DNA from: Vicugna vicugna
Lineage: Eukaryota
Reading direction: 5' to 3'
Assembly: GCA_013265495.1 (NCBI GenBank)
Contig: MU058054.1
Span: forward strand, 186,001-250,000
DNA length: 64,000 nt
The position numbers were made by a program, and so were the translations under genes. Each line of letters starts with the position of its first letter. Position 1 is the stretch's first letter. Below are positions 1-12,420 of the stretch, piece by piece. The notes under the pieces were generated by a model that saw nothing but the letters and a program-made list of their open reading frames with translations, searched no databases and had not been told where the DNA came from.

Positions 1-603
1 GAGAAATTAAAAAAAATTTATATTTGCGTGAACTTGCACAAAACCAGTGAAATGATAAAGAAAAATGGTTACCTTTTGGACAAGAGTGGACAGGGATGGA
101 ATGAAAATCAGACTTCTCACTGTGTACTTTCGAATATTATTTTTATTTTTAAACCAAACAAATGTATTGCCTACTCCATAAAATAGAATAAACCAAAATA
201 AAACAAAAATTTTAAGAGAATAGAGAAAAAAGTCCGTGCAAGGATACACTCAGTATATGAATGTTAAGAATAGATCTTTCTTTCTTTGGGTTCTCATTGA
301 CTCCCTACTAGATAAGGCAGGGTGTATAAATCGCCATGTTTCTTTTTGCCTTAGTTGCCTGGGAGGGCAGAGCAAAACTTAATGCCTACCTGCAGTACCT
401 TCCATTTACCTAGGTTTCTAGTATGACACCTCCCCACAGTCCTGCTCCTCACCTGGCTTTTGGTAATTTATCCTTCTTTCTAACTTTCATTGTCAGCCCA
501 CTCTAATCTTTTCTGAGGCAAAATAGTCAAAAAAAAAAAAAAAAGAAGAAACATAAAACACTTGATTGAAGAAGAAAAGAAAGCAGGCTCTCTTGCACAT
601 TTT

Positions 604-752
604 TCTTTCTTTCTTTCTTTTTTATATTTTTGGAGGGGAGGTGGTTAGGTTTATTTATTTATTATTATTACTTTTAATGGAGGTACTGGGGATCGAACCC
701 AGGACCTCGTGCGTGCTAAGCTCTGCATTCTACCACTGAGCTATCCGCTCCC
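604..752 (-). mobile_element. tRNA-Ala-derived camelid-type SINE
   Basis: Minus strand reads GGGAGCGGATAGCTCAGTGGTAGAATGC...GGTCCTGGGTTCGATCCCCAGTACCTCCA then an A-rich tail; TSD TCTCTTGCACATTTT at 589-603 and 755-769. Confidence 0.9.
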
Positions 753-1663
753 ATTCTCTTGCACATTTTGGATAGCAGTTTAAAATGATCCACTCTTTTA
801 AGAATGTCATTTTGAAACATCTATTAATTTTCTAAACGTACATGGTCTTTGATTCAGCAGTTCTTCCAGGAGTTTGTCTTACGTAAATACTTGCAAAAGT
901 GAGTTAAAATTTAAATGCAAAGGTCACATTCATTGTTCATTATAAACAATAATGAAAAAATATAACCAATTCTAAGTGTGCATCAAAAGAGGAGTGGTTA
1001 AGCAAATTATGAGAAAACATGCAACAGTGAGAAAGAATGTGCTAGACCTATGTTTATTGACATGTAATGATGATCAAGTGTGAAATAACATGTCTTTTCA
1101 GTTAATTAGGATCCCAAAGAGTTTTGTTATGTAGGTTTTACCTATGGGTATTTACCATGTTAGAAATGAAAACTGAGACATTTAAAAATGTACTTATTAA
1201 TTTGTTTAAAGTAACAATAATAAACTCATTACAAGTATACATAAGGTGCATCCTTTTTATAAAAAATGTACTATATCAAAACATAACTTAGTAGGAAGGT
1301 TCGCACTGTCTCACATTTCTGCAAATCTATTTAATATCTGGCTTAATTGGAGACAGTTGGATTCTCATATCTGCTTCTGCATTCAATTTGTTGTGATTTC
1401 TTGTTTTGGTTGACGTACAGGAAGAAAACCCAGCCTCATATTCATAAGTAGTCGGAAAAGGGAGGCTAATTTTAGTAGCCTTTTCAGATCTTCGCGGGTA
1501 TTCTTCTTGGAGAGTTCACCAAAATTCAACAGGTAGTCATTTCTCAAAGATCAGTTGCAAAGTGGATTCTGAAACCGTATCAATAAACTTTTCCTGCTCT
1601 GTTACATTAAAATCCATTGGTCTGTTGTCCACTTTGAATGAGTTCTTAACCCATGCAGGATTT

Positions 1664-1811
1664 AGGGGAAGGACAGGGGCGGGTATTGGTTATTCATTTA
1701 TTTACTTATTTACCTCTTACATTGTTTTTTAGTGGCAGTACTGGGGATTGAACCCAGGACCTCGTGTATGCTAAGCACGTGCTCTACCACTGAGCTGTAC
1801 ACCCTCCTCCT
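1664..1811 (-). mobile_element. tRNA-Ala-derived SINE inserted in the Charlie element
   Basis: tRNA-like head with A/B boxes; TSD CCATGCA(G/T)GATTT at 1651-1663 and 1812-1824. Confidence 0.85.
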
Positions 1812-2220
1812 CCATGCATGATTTTGTAACATCATGCATTGGTCATCTGAAAACTATCCATTCACTGAGTCGTACAGATGTTGCAATTATTGACATATTT
1901 TATTAACAATAATATCATTTGTTAATATCACCATCAATCTCATCACTAAAGTCTTTGAGTGTTTGTAAGCTGTCAGCTCACAATGACAAATATGTCATAC
2001 AGCAGCATTTGAGTAGTGCTGGGTAGCTTATAATCCCTTTTTATTTAAAACAATCCTAACTTTTGCTTGAAAGTTTGAATTTCATCATGAGTAATAAACA
2101 CTGCCAATATTCCTTGAAGTAACAGGCTCATTTATTTTTGAGAAAATGTCTGAAAAATGCCCACATCTGACCCACCATAGGTTGTCTGTTAGTCATTATT
2201 TCAAGCAAAAATGTTTCTCT

Positions 2221-2814
2221 AATAGCAGCACCATTTACAATAGCCAAGAAATGGAAACAGCCTAAATGTTCATCAACAGATGACTGGATAAAGAAGTTGT
2301 GGTATATTTATACAATGGAATACTACTCAGCCATGAAAATGATAAAATAATGCCATTTGCAGCAACATGGATGGCCCTGGGGAATGTCATTCTAAGTGAA
2401 GTAAGCGAAAAAGAGAAAGAAAAATACCATATGATATCACTCATATCTGGAATCTGAAAAAAAAAGACAAATGAACATATATAAAACAGAAACAGACTCA
2501 CAGACATAGAATACAGACTTGTGGTTGCCAGGGGGAGGGGGATGGGAAGGGATAAACTGGGAGTTTGAGATTTGCAGATACTGGCTGGTATATATAAAAT
2601 AGATAAACAAGTTTATACTGTACAGCACAGGGAAATATATTCAATATCTTGTAGTAGCTTACAGTGAAGAAGAATATGAAAATGAATATATGTATATTCA
2701 TGTATGACTGAAGCATCGTGCTGTACACCAGAAATTGACACAACATTGTAAACTGACTATACCTCAATAAAAAAAATTTTTTAAAGACATCATGTGAGTA
2801 GAAATTGAAAACAC
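2221..2814 (+). mobile_element. 5'-truncated L1 (ORF2 end, 3'UTR, poly-A) with a short extra 3' segment
   Basis: Typical L1 3' sequence (ACAATGGAATACTACTCAGCC..GCAGCAACATGGATGG..), CAATAAAAAAAA tail; TSD AATGTTTCTCT at 2210-2220 and 2815-2825. Confidence 0.9.
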
Positions 2815-5789
2815 AATGTTTCTCTGAGAAAAAAAATAATTGAATGCTTTGCAAGTCAAACAATTGTACAAGTACCCCTCCTCCAGACCACCATTGCACC
2901 TTGGAATGCAGCTGAAGTCTCTTATGTGTACTGCTCGTCTCATTACACAGGATCTTAAAAAGAGCAGAAATACTGCAGAGTAGAAATTTAATAAAATTAA
3001 TCATCTTTACTGCTTCATTGAGGGCATTCTGAAGGAAGCTGGCATTTCTGTTATTCTGAGACAGTGGTGATGAAATATATAACGACCACCCCGACAGTTT
3101 GGTGCCACCGCCTTGATCTAAGGCACCAGCAATTTTGCCCACTTTTGCTTTTTGTAACATCGTGCAAAGGTCAACACCGTAAAGAAAGCAGATAATGCCT
3201 TAGCACAATTATAGGAATAGCTTTGGCCTTGTGGACCCTCTGAAACGGTCTCAGGGATCTTTCAGAACTCATAAGACCACCCTTTGAGAACTGCTGATAT
3301 AGCACATAATCCCTTTTTTGTTTAAAAAATATAGGAGGCAAAAAGCAAAAAAAGACACACACCAAAGTGCTACCAGGGGCAACCTCTTAGCAGTAGACAG
3401 TGATAAAGGGATGTCGACTTTGTACTTCGCATGTTTTTCTATTTTTTGAATCCTTTACCATGAGTTATGTATTTCGTAAGGAATTAAATGCACGACGGAG
3501 AGCAAAAGATGAACTTTAAATTATAAACATCAGTTACAACACACTCAGAGAATGTAAAATGCCCCTTGGACCTACTTTCGTATTGAAAATACGAAGAGAT
3601 TAGAGACAGAGCAGGGAGCTTAAATGATTAAAAAAACAAAACAAGACAAAACAGAACCCTCACCCTGAGAAATACCTCATTTCCCAGAGGGCTGGAGGAA
3701 GGAAGTATTGCCATGCCTGAGAGCTGAGGCGGCCACCAGAGCCAGGTAGCTTAAGTGAATGACCCTGCTGATACCTCGAGATGCAGTTTGAAAATAAATC
3801 TAAAACACATTCTCTCTAGAAGGCAACAGGATTAGACTCGAAGAGTGATTTGACACTTTAGAAACCTCACAGCTTCCTTCCCAGAGGGAAGAGAAAATCA
3901 GGCACAGGACCCAGGGCTTACAAAGCAGGTATTAAGTTTCCCTTTGCTGCCTCAAGCTGCTTCCTCTGTGCTCCCCTCCCTCTAGACTGAGCCCATCAGC
4001 ACTTGCCTTTGCAGGATCCAGTGCCCTTCTGATATCCTTTCCTCCGCCCCCCTACCTAAACCCCTCGGTGTCCAAAACCATGATCTCAGTCATCTATGTC
4101 TATCAGTCATCTACACCCTAGCATAAATGAGTTTGCATCACCACACTCCCTCTACCGCTGCATTTGCTTGTGAGGCTGATCTCTGATGGTGGACGAGACG
4201 GCGGGGTGCTAAGAGAAGGCAGCTTAGGCGCCATCAGCAACTGCTAGGGAAGCCTCTAAAGTGGGAGTCTTTTCCTGGGGCTTCTGAAATCACACTCCAG
4301 GGGTGGCTACCTTAAGCAAAGCTTCTTTCTGCTGTGTGACATCAGAGAAGTTACTGCCTCTTCCTGGGCTCTGTAAACCAAGTGGTTTGGACTCATGACC
4401 TCCTGGGTGGGTGGCCCCTGCTCTGGGTTTCTGTGACTGAGCCCCATTAAGCTAAGGCAGTGCTAACTCAGGAGGCCTTGGGACACGGCACCTTGTTTTC
4501 AGTTCCTGAATTCAAAAGAAGACTCAGAGGAAGCTCCCCACATGCTCTCTGCAGTTTGTCCCCCCTTCCCCCTTCTCTTCCTCATGACCTGTGTCTCCAG
4601 GGGGAAGATCAAACAAAGAGGTTGCAGAGGGTGGTGGAATGCTGTGTTTGGTCAAATCCCAGCCTGGATGTGATTACAAAGTTCCTGTGACTGGGGAGAC
4701 GTGGTGGGGAATGTGGTGGGAGGGATTCTGATCTCAGAGAATGTGCTCTGGCACACTCCCCACCCCCCACACACACACCCTGCACACACATGCACGCAGG
4801 ATGCTTGACACAACTGTGAGTTGCTGAAGTTTGTGTTCAAACTCCCACCCCAGCCTGTGTGTGGCCCCTGCCTCACTAAGAGATTTTTTGGCATTTGTTT
4901 TTTCCATAAGGGCTACTAGAAGGCTGAAAATCTTTCACAAATTGAAGGAATAAGTAAGTGACTTTCTAACATGGTTGTGTCCCAATGTCTGTCTTCTTAC
5001 ACACTGTGAATTCTCAAGGGCAAGCGTCATGGCGGATCCCAACCCCTGTCATCACGCCAGCACATATTCCATGCCTCCCCCAAGTGTGTTTGATGTATAG
5101 ATGCATGAACAAAGGAATGAATGGAGAAATGATTGTTCTCACTAAGGGTCAACAAAGTGTTTTTAAAGGTAATGGGTTATTCCCCACCGAGGGTCACCAT
5201 GCCACGCAACATGTCTTCCTGTCTCCATTTTTTTTTTTAAACCGTAATTCACAAAGGACTGGCCCTGGAGGGATGTTCATATCAAATAAGGGACAGCAAA
5301 ATCAAGACCCTGTGCTGGCACGTTCAGCTGTGTGACCTTAAGAAAGTCACTAGCCTTCTCTAGACCTCAGTGTCAGCTCAGAAATAGGGTTAAAAACACC
5401 TGCCTTGAGCCTACAGGGACTATATGAGCCTATGCGAGACACTGGATGAACAAACAAGATTTGTCAGTGAGTGACAGTGACACCCAGGCTAACCCTTGAA
5501 ATGCACAACAACGTAAGAGAAGGGAGTGTCCCTTATCTTCATCACCCACCAGCCCCTCTGAGCAGTTGGGACCATCATCTAAATGGCGCATTCTGGAGCC
5601 GCTTGTGTGGAGATGGCTGGCTGGCCGGCCGGGATGAGCCCGAGTCCGTGACCATCAGACAGTGTTGCTGCCTTCTGGGCACTCTGTACCTGCAGACAGC
5701 CTGGGCTGGTGGTGATGGAGCGGCGACGAGAGTGTAGACAGCCTTCCAGCAGACGCCGTCATGGTCCCACCTGTCGCCCCACGGCCCAC

Positions 5790-6166
5790 CTGGCAGGTCA
5801 CCTGCTGATGGCCAGTTCCTGCGCTCACGGGCTTCTCTCTGCCCGAGGGCTCTCTCTGCGGCCGGAGCACGGGGCCGGCAGAAGTGCAGAAAATCAACAG
5901 CCCAAGATGTCGACCTCACGCAGTGAGGAAGAGCTGCTGATGGCTAACAGCTTCCTGGCCCCTCAGAGGGTCCCCAGCGGGACTGAGCCCCAGTTGCCCA
6001 GAGGAACAACCAACCCATCAATATCCCTCAACAAAGGGGTGACGCTCCTGCCTTCTCTGTCCCATTGCCCCACTCCCTGCCCTTGATTTCCTGGGATCAT
6101 CTTCTGAACAAGTAATTACCACCGAACCCTCGTCTTAGGGTCTGCTTTATGGGGTCCCCAGCGAGG
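5790..6166 (+). mobile_element. ERVL LTR (LTR16-like), degenerate
   Basis: 3' end CCCTCGTCTTAGGGTCTGCTTTATGGGGTCCCCA resembles the LTR16-family terminus; boundaries approximate. Confidence 0.45.
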
Positions 6167-7775
6167 ACCACCTCCTCACTGCCTAAGTGGGGAAGCGGCT
6201 AGGAGGGCGGTGGTCTATCCACCTACCCATCGGACAAATCCCTTCACCGGGCAAACCTCCCCCGCGCAAGACCGCCTAACTGCGGAAGCAGGGAAACAGC
6301 CTCCGGGCCTCTGGGTCCTGGGCTGTTCATTCCTTCTTTCATCACATGTTTTCTGTGGCAACTATGGGCCAACTACGGGCAGTGTCTTTGCTGGGGGTGA
6401 GCATGCAGCGATGAGCAACAGCCCAGGCTCCTCCCTCCCGTGGGGCATGTCACCAGCCCAGGCCCTGCCCGGCTGTGGCTTCCTGGACAAGCTCTCTCTG
6501 CTTTCTGGGCTGAACTAGACCAACCTTCAGGCCTTTCTGGGCAGAGCATCCGTGCCTCTGGCACAGGACCCTGCCCTCCAGCGGCACAAACTCCAGCGGT
6601 TTCTCCAATGCCTGCGCAGTCCCGGGTGGGACTCTGCATGGCATAAACGTGGTCAGTGTTACAGTGCACATTGGAATTTCTTCCCTTAAAAGAAACATAT
6701 AATGGAAGGGAAGTTTGTTTATTTTTTTTAACTTGGCAATAAAGTAGCCGACTCTCTCCCCTCCGTGTACAGGATACCATGATCGTGAATCCCCAGCTGC
6801 CTGAGTTCCGTGCTGAGGTCAGAGCGTTCAGGGCTTGGCTACAAGGGACGTTTGCCCCGGGGCCCTGAGCACAGTGTTATCATGCCCTGCTGCACAGAAC
6901 GTCCTGGGAAAGCTGGGGGTGGGAGACAACACTCTCGCCACAAAAGGGAACTCGGCAAGGAGCAGTTTACCACCATGGACTCCATCCCAGGAGTCAAGGA
7001 AGGGTGTCCTGCGGTCCTGGCCCCGGGCTGCTCCTCGATCCCCCTCCAGCAGTGTCAGGGAATGGCAGGAGCGCCTGCAGGGTGCACAGTGTGGGTCAGG
7101 AGGGGGTCATGAGGGCAGGTTTGGACAGGGCCAGGCTGCCAGGCCCACGCACAGCCAATTTGTCAGCAGCGTCTCTGTGTTTGGTAACATTCTGCAGGAC
7201 ACTTGATCAGATGTTGTGGGAGCTGTAGCAGCCGCTGCTCCTCTTTGCAAAGACACAAGGAACAGAGGGTTTTGAACCCAACTGTGTCCTGGGGGAGTCT
7301 GTGGCATGCTGCGGTGGTGGGTCTCTCTGTCTCCGTACCCCCTGCCCTATCCCTCTTGTCTATAAATGAGTAGGTGTGTGGAGTCTCACATCCACCTTTG
7401 TTTGTCCTCAAAGCCCACGATCTCACCCTCTTCAGTACAGAGTCATTGGGGGAAATTATCTTCAAGCCCCTTCCTCTTCTCTGAGCCTCTCTCCAGCACC
7501 CCCAGCCCCAGGGAGCCAGGGTCCTCTTGGTGAGGAGAGGCCCACACTTAGGAGGAAGGGAGCAGACAATAAACCCATTTGGACTGAAGTTTTGTGGATT
7601 TAATGAGTATCATTTCAAAAGGGGGGTTGCATAAGAATGATCTTTAAGAAAAATGGCCAAATTAGCTGTATGGCTTTGGGTTACCCACCCGACCTCTCTG
7701 AGTCCCAGTATCTTCAGCTATACCATGCGAATGACACTATCTTTGCCTCATGGCTGTTAACAATTAAATGTGGGA

Positions 7776-7917
7776 GTATAGCACAGGGAACTATATTCAA
7801 CATCTTACAATAATCTTTAGTGAAAAAGAATATGAAAACGAATATATGCACGACTGGGACATTGTGCTGTACACCAGAAACTGACACAGTGTAACTGACT
7901 ATATTTCAATTTTTAAA
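7776..7917 (+). mobile_element. Short young L1 3'-UTR insertion inside a MIR
   Basis: AGCACAGGGAACTATATTCAA...TGTACACCAGAAA..; TSD AA(A/G)TGTGGGA at 7766-7775 and 7918-7927. Confidence 0.85.
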
Positions 7918-9268
7918 AAGTGTGGGAAATGCCTGGAACATAAGAGGAATTCATATATTTAGCATCGTAGGCACAACAAAAATGAGATTCGGGCCTGCTT
8001 TCCTGACATCCTTCTCCATCGTAAGACCCATCACTCTGTTTTTAAGCTTCCTGCGTTTACCTGTGGAAGAAGGGGATGTCTTTCCTTGGTGAGTGATTTG
8101 TCACAAAGTTGCCCATTTTTAACAAGGTAGCAGGAATCAGGGTCTGTGCAGATGTCAGGCAGAGCAGGACTCTGCCAGGCCCCTACTTCTGGCTCAACCC
8201 TAAAAAGGAATCTGACAATAGACAGAGGAGGGGACCTGGATTAGAACACTCTGTGCAGTTTCACCAAAGCTCCCACCACCATTGGTCTGTGTCTCTCTAA
8301 ATTTCCACCAAAATACCCTTTCTAGCTACAGAGAACGTATACAGCTAAGAGGTTTAGATATGCATATGGAGTTGGCTCTCTGCCAGTAGGAAATTTCTGA
8401 GAACACACTTGTACGCTCATAAAAATTCCTGCAGATTCTTCTACTCGCTGCCAAAATCTATACGTATTTAATTTAAAACTTAAAAAAAATAAAAACAGCA
8501 ACAACCATGCCTCTCTACCATTATAAAATCTTCAAATTGGTACTTTGATAAGACAGAGTGTGTTCATCCTGTGGCTTCATGCTCTGCCTGTATCCGCCAC
8601 AGGCCCCCTTTCATGGCTGTGCAATCCCAATTTGGCAGCATGGCTTGGGAATTAGGATCTGAATCTGGCCGACCCCACCGTCTCTCTTAGCTCCTATACC
8701 CGACCTGGCCTGCTCACCGGCTACCCACACCACATCCACAGCATAAATAAAACACAGCAGGAATTAGCAAGACCACTCACACAAAATGAGAAGCCTGAAC
8801 CATTCTAGGGGGAGGAAATGAGACTTGAAAGACCAAGGTGGCCCGGGTACCATATTAGCCTGGGGTCTTAGGTGGTAAGAAACAGAAATTGACTCTGGGT
8901 AACTTACCCAGAAAGTCCTCTCTCGGAAGATGTGGGGCAACAGAGAGCTCAGGGGGAAGCTGGCCAGAAGGATAAGCAGGAGAGCCGTTCCAGGACCCTG
9001 GGAAGCAGGCACCAGGGGGTAGTCACCAGAACCAGGATGCATTGGTCCCAAACATTCTCTAGTCTTGTATCATCTGCTCAAAAAATTCAACTTCCTAGGA
9101 GAGACTATCTGACTGGCACGGCCCATGCCCTGGCCAGGGACAACAGGGTCCCTTCCTTGATGGGCAGTATCAGATGGAGGAGGGATCAGTTCCTAAGGCA
9201 AAATTGTAGTGCTGTCACCAGAAAAGTGGGCACTGAATGCCGGGAAGAAGCAATTCACAGCTATCCAC

Positions 9269-9677
9269 AGCAACGGACCTAGAGAATATTATGCTTGCTG
9301 AAATGTCAGACAAAGACAAATACTCTATAATGTCACTTATATGTGGAATCTAAGAAATAATGCAAATGAATCTACATACAAAACAGAAACAGACTCACAG
9401 ACATAGAAAACAAACTGGTGGTTACCAAAGGGGAGAGGGAAGGCGGGAGGGACAAATTAGGGGAATGGGATTAACAGATACAAACTGCTATACATGAACA
9501 GATAAGCAACAAGGATTTACTGCACAGCACAGGGAATTATACCCATTATCTTGCAATAATCTGTAATGGAATATAATCTGCAAAAATACTGAATCACTAT
9601 ACTGCACACCTGAAATTGACACAATGTTATAAATCAACTACACTTCAAACAAACAATCAGACAAATAAATAAATCAA
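9269..9677 (+). mobile_element. 5'-truncated L1 3'UTR
   Basis: L1 3'UTR motifs (ACAGAAACAGACTCACAGACATAGAAAACAAAC), A-rich tail; TSD AGCTATCCAC at 9259-9268 and 9678-9687. Confidence 0.88.
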
Positions 9678-10069
9678 AGCTATCCACGACTTGTCTCCAA
9701 AGCCAGCCTGGCCCTCCCCAAGGGACTCAAAGGTCCTCTCTAGGGAGAGCTGTCATCACCAGATCACCAGCATCACCAGCTGCGGCTGAGGGTCCCTTTC
9801 TCAGGACCCAGAGCCTTTTACCCACAGCGAGAGGTTCCAGCAGAAAGGACAAAGGCCCAGGGGAGAGGAAGCCCATCTGGAGAGGACTTTGTCCTCAGCA
9901 GGATAACCTACAGCCAGAATCATTCAAAAGGGAAGGGGTTTCAGGGAGGAAGGGGAATCCAGACAGAGAGGCCTGGGCTCCTGCAGGCAGAGTGACGACG
10001 TTCACGATTTGGGCAAAGGCAGGTGCCGGTCTAGAGCTCTTCACTCTGAGAAGTCTGGAGCCAGGGGAG

Positions 10070-11990
10070 GGAGCGTTTTTATTCCATAGGTCAAGGGACC
10101 AATGTTGGGGTTCTCCCAAGTATGTCTATTCCAATAGACACCCAGGAACAGATACATAACCACAGTGGACCCGTGGACCCAGTGAACTCACTGTGAGCTG
10201 GGGGAAGGCCAGGGCTCCATTATCCCCTGGCCCCCAGGCTCCCCTCACTCTAATGGGGACGTGATGATGCTTTGGGTCACCAGATACCAATGTCCGTTCA
10301 GACCCTGTACCAACAATTCTTTCAAGTCCTTACAATTCCCCCTTCCTCATGCTCAATTACAGAAGTATATGGTCATGGATCCTTTTTTGGAAAGGACCTG
10401 GGGGAAATGTTACTTCAGACATTTACCATGATGTTGCATGTCCTTTCGTCAGTGGCTCAGGTCCAGAAACGGGTTAAGGAATCACGACATTTTACCGGGG
10501 GCGGCTGCCTTCAGCCCCCGTTCATCCATCCTTGGTTTCTTTTGATTGTCTAAATTAAGCCATACAGGGTCGGCCATCCATCTGTCTTGCCTCTAGGAAC
10601 ACTCTGTTCTGGTAACCGTCTCTATAGCCCTTTGCGGGTCAGGCCCTCCTGATCGCCACTCCGATTTTGCTGCTCAGTGCAATAATTGTGCCCACCTGGG
10701 TTCTAAAGGTTAAACACCGCCACCTGGCCTCTATTCTATTTGGGGGGGTTCTATGACCCCCATGGGTATCAGAGCCTCGTTCTGTGATAGTGTCTCCTAC
10801 TGTGTATAAAGCTTGTGCCCCTCCCTCCCTCCCCAGCTCACCCCTTACTGCTTCGATATGGGGTGTTCTCTACGGCCTCCCTCGGAACAGCTGGCGGGGT
10901 TTCTGGCCTTGGGTCCTACAAATGGTCTAGAATGCCCACTCCTCTCAGCCTTTCTAGTGCTTCCTCCACTGTGTGCCACGGCAGCTCTGTGGACCATTGC
11001 TTTTCCTAAGCTTCTCAAAATCCATCTTTAAAGTGTGTCAGCACCACCTCCCAGGTTCCTGGCCAGAGTGTTAAGTCCTGTCTCATAGAAGAGTACTTCC
11101 TTACCAACACCTGCTCTGATGCAACCTCACCTTCCTCCCGTCTTGGTCCAGCGCAGGACTGAGTTCTGTGCACACTCCCTGCTGGAAGAAATTAGCCAGA
11201 TCCTTGGCTCCTTCAGCGTGGAGTCCCTCTCCTCCCTGAGCGGGCCCAGCATGGTTCGGATTTGACTCTTGTGGTCCATCAGAGCACCAGAGAGGCGGCG
11301 GAGGTAGATTCTGAGGACAAGCATTATTTCGCAGGGGCCTGCCTCGTTTGACACTGAGTGTGACCTTTCTAGAAGAGGGGCCAGTACTTGCCGACAAGAA
11401 GTGTCTCACTTCTGCAGGCCCGGTGGGTTCAGAAGAATCGGAGAGGTCAAGGTTCTTAAGTGCATTTACTCAAGTCTCAGGTTCCCACCCCTTTCCTCAC
11501 AGGGCTCCGAGCCTGGCACCCAAGGCCATGTCAGATTGAAGAATTCTACCTTCCCTGGAGCTCTGCTACACGTACCACTAAGTCTTAAGCCTGGTCCTTC
11601 CTCTGCAGGTGAGATTTCCTCACATGTTGCCCAGGAGGGCTCCGGGCTTTCGCTTTTGGCCTGGGTGATTTTTCACCTTGAGACTGTCATTACCTGTCTT
11701 TAGCAAATCACCCGTCTCAGCAAAGTCATTCATTTCCATAGTTCTAACACCCACTACTTCCCTCAAGCGCCAGAGACATGGCACTAGCCAGTGTGACCCC
11801 TCCCGCCCGTGTCCCCCTATCCCGGCCCAGGTCACCAGCACTGAGTTTTAACAATTATGAGGTTACAGCATGCCAGGGACTAACCTGACTTCTCCCCCAG
11901 TGATGGGTTCTCCACTGACAGCTGTCTGGCAAATGGACCCTCTCCAAACTCCCACTTCTGCTTCCTAGGACCACCTCCAGCCCAAACTGG
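10070..11990 (-). mobile_element. ERVL internal region (HERV16-like) with decayed gag/protease
   Basis: Minus strand near 10316-10075 reads LL(D, 1-nt deletion)TGSERTLVSGDPKHHH..PIRVRGA..GIDILGENPNIGPLTYG, matching ERV-L protease LLDTGSELTLIPGDPK...GIDIL..QNPHIGSLT; adjoins an LTR16-like LTR. Confidence 0.75.
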
Positions 11991-12420
11991 CTTGGTTTGG
12001 GTTCCCCAAAAGCAGATTCTGAGCTGGAGAATTGTCTGCAGAAGGTTTATCAGGCGGTGCTCCTGGCAGGTACACCTGTAAATGAGAAGATAGGACTGCA
12101 AAGAGGGAGACACCAATCTCCAATGTGGTTACAACCGAGGCCTCAGCTGATCCTAGAAGGGAGCTCGGAGCTGGGCTGGCCCTTCAGAGGGTCCCGGAAC
12201 GAGGCAAGGAGGCTGGGGTAAGACGTTTGCACATCAACCAGCCACTGGCTGCAGACCGCCCCCGCCCCCGGCCCTGGGCCTGGACCTCACCTGGGCGGAG
12301 GCAACAACCCGTAGTCAGGATTCCCAGTGAGGGAAGGAGCAGTGAGACCCCAGCAGCTGGGAATGGGTTTGTGGGCCCTGAAGGGGGGCCAGGAGGAGCA
12401 CCCCTCCATCCTTAAGTACC
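11991..12420 (-). mobile_element. ERVL LTR (LTR16-like), 5' LTR of the adjacent internal region
   Basis: GGGTTCCCCAAAAGCAGATTCTGAG...GGTTTAT is the reverse complement of an LTR16-type 3' end. Confidence 0.6.

Larger units (their letters stand above)
1098..3296 (-). mobile_element. hAT-Charlie (Charlie1-like) DNA transposon fossil, interrupted by a SINE and an L1
   Basis: Minus strand starts CAGCAGTTCTCAAAGGGTGGTC (Charlie-type terminus). Translation of about 2850-3040 gives LNEAVKMINFIK...LFKILCNE...HKRLQLHSKVQWWSGGGVLVQLFDLQ, matching the hAT transposase block LNEAVKIVNFIK...LLLHTEVRWLSRGKVL.RLFEL. Left end approximate. Confidence 0.8.

Noticed and set aside
2498..3160. 220-aa ORF as a ZBED/SCAND-like gene
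   Set aside because: Chance fusion of a decayed Charlie transposase piece with antisense L1 3'UTR; no ATG-led transposase start and motifs are degenerate
5471..7465. Dense cluster of ORFs as a possible gene
   Set aside because: GC-rich sequence has few stop codons; part is LTR-derived; no recognisable protein similarity or consistent splice pattern
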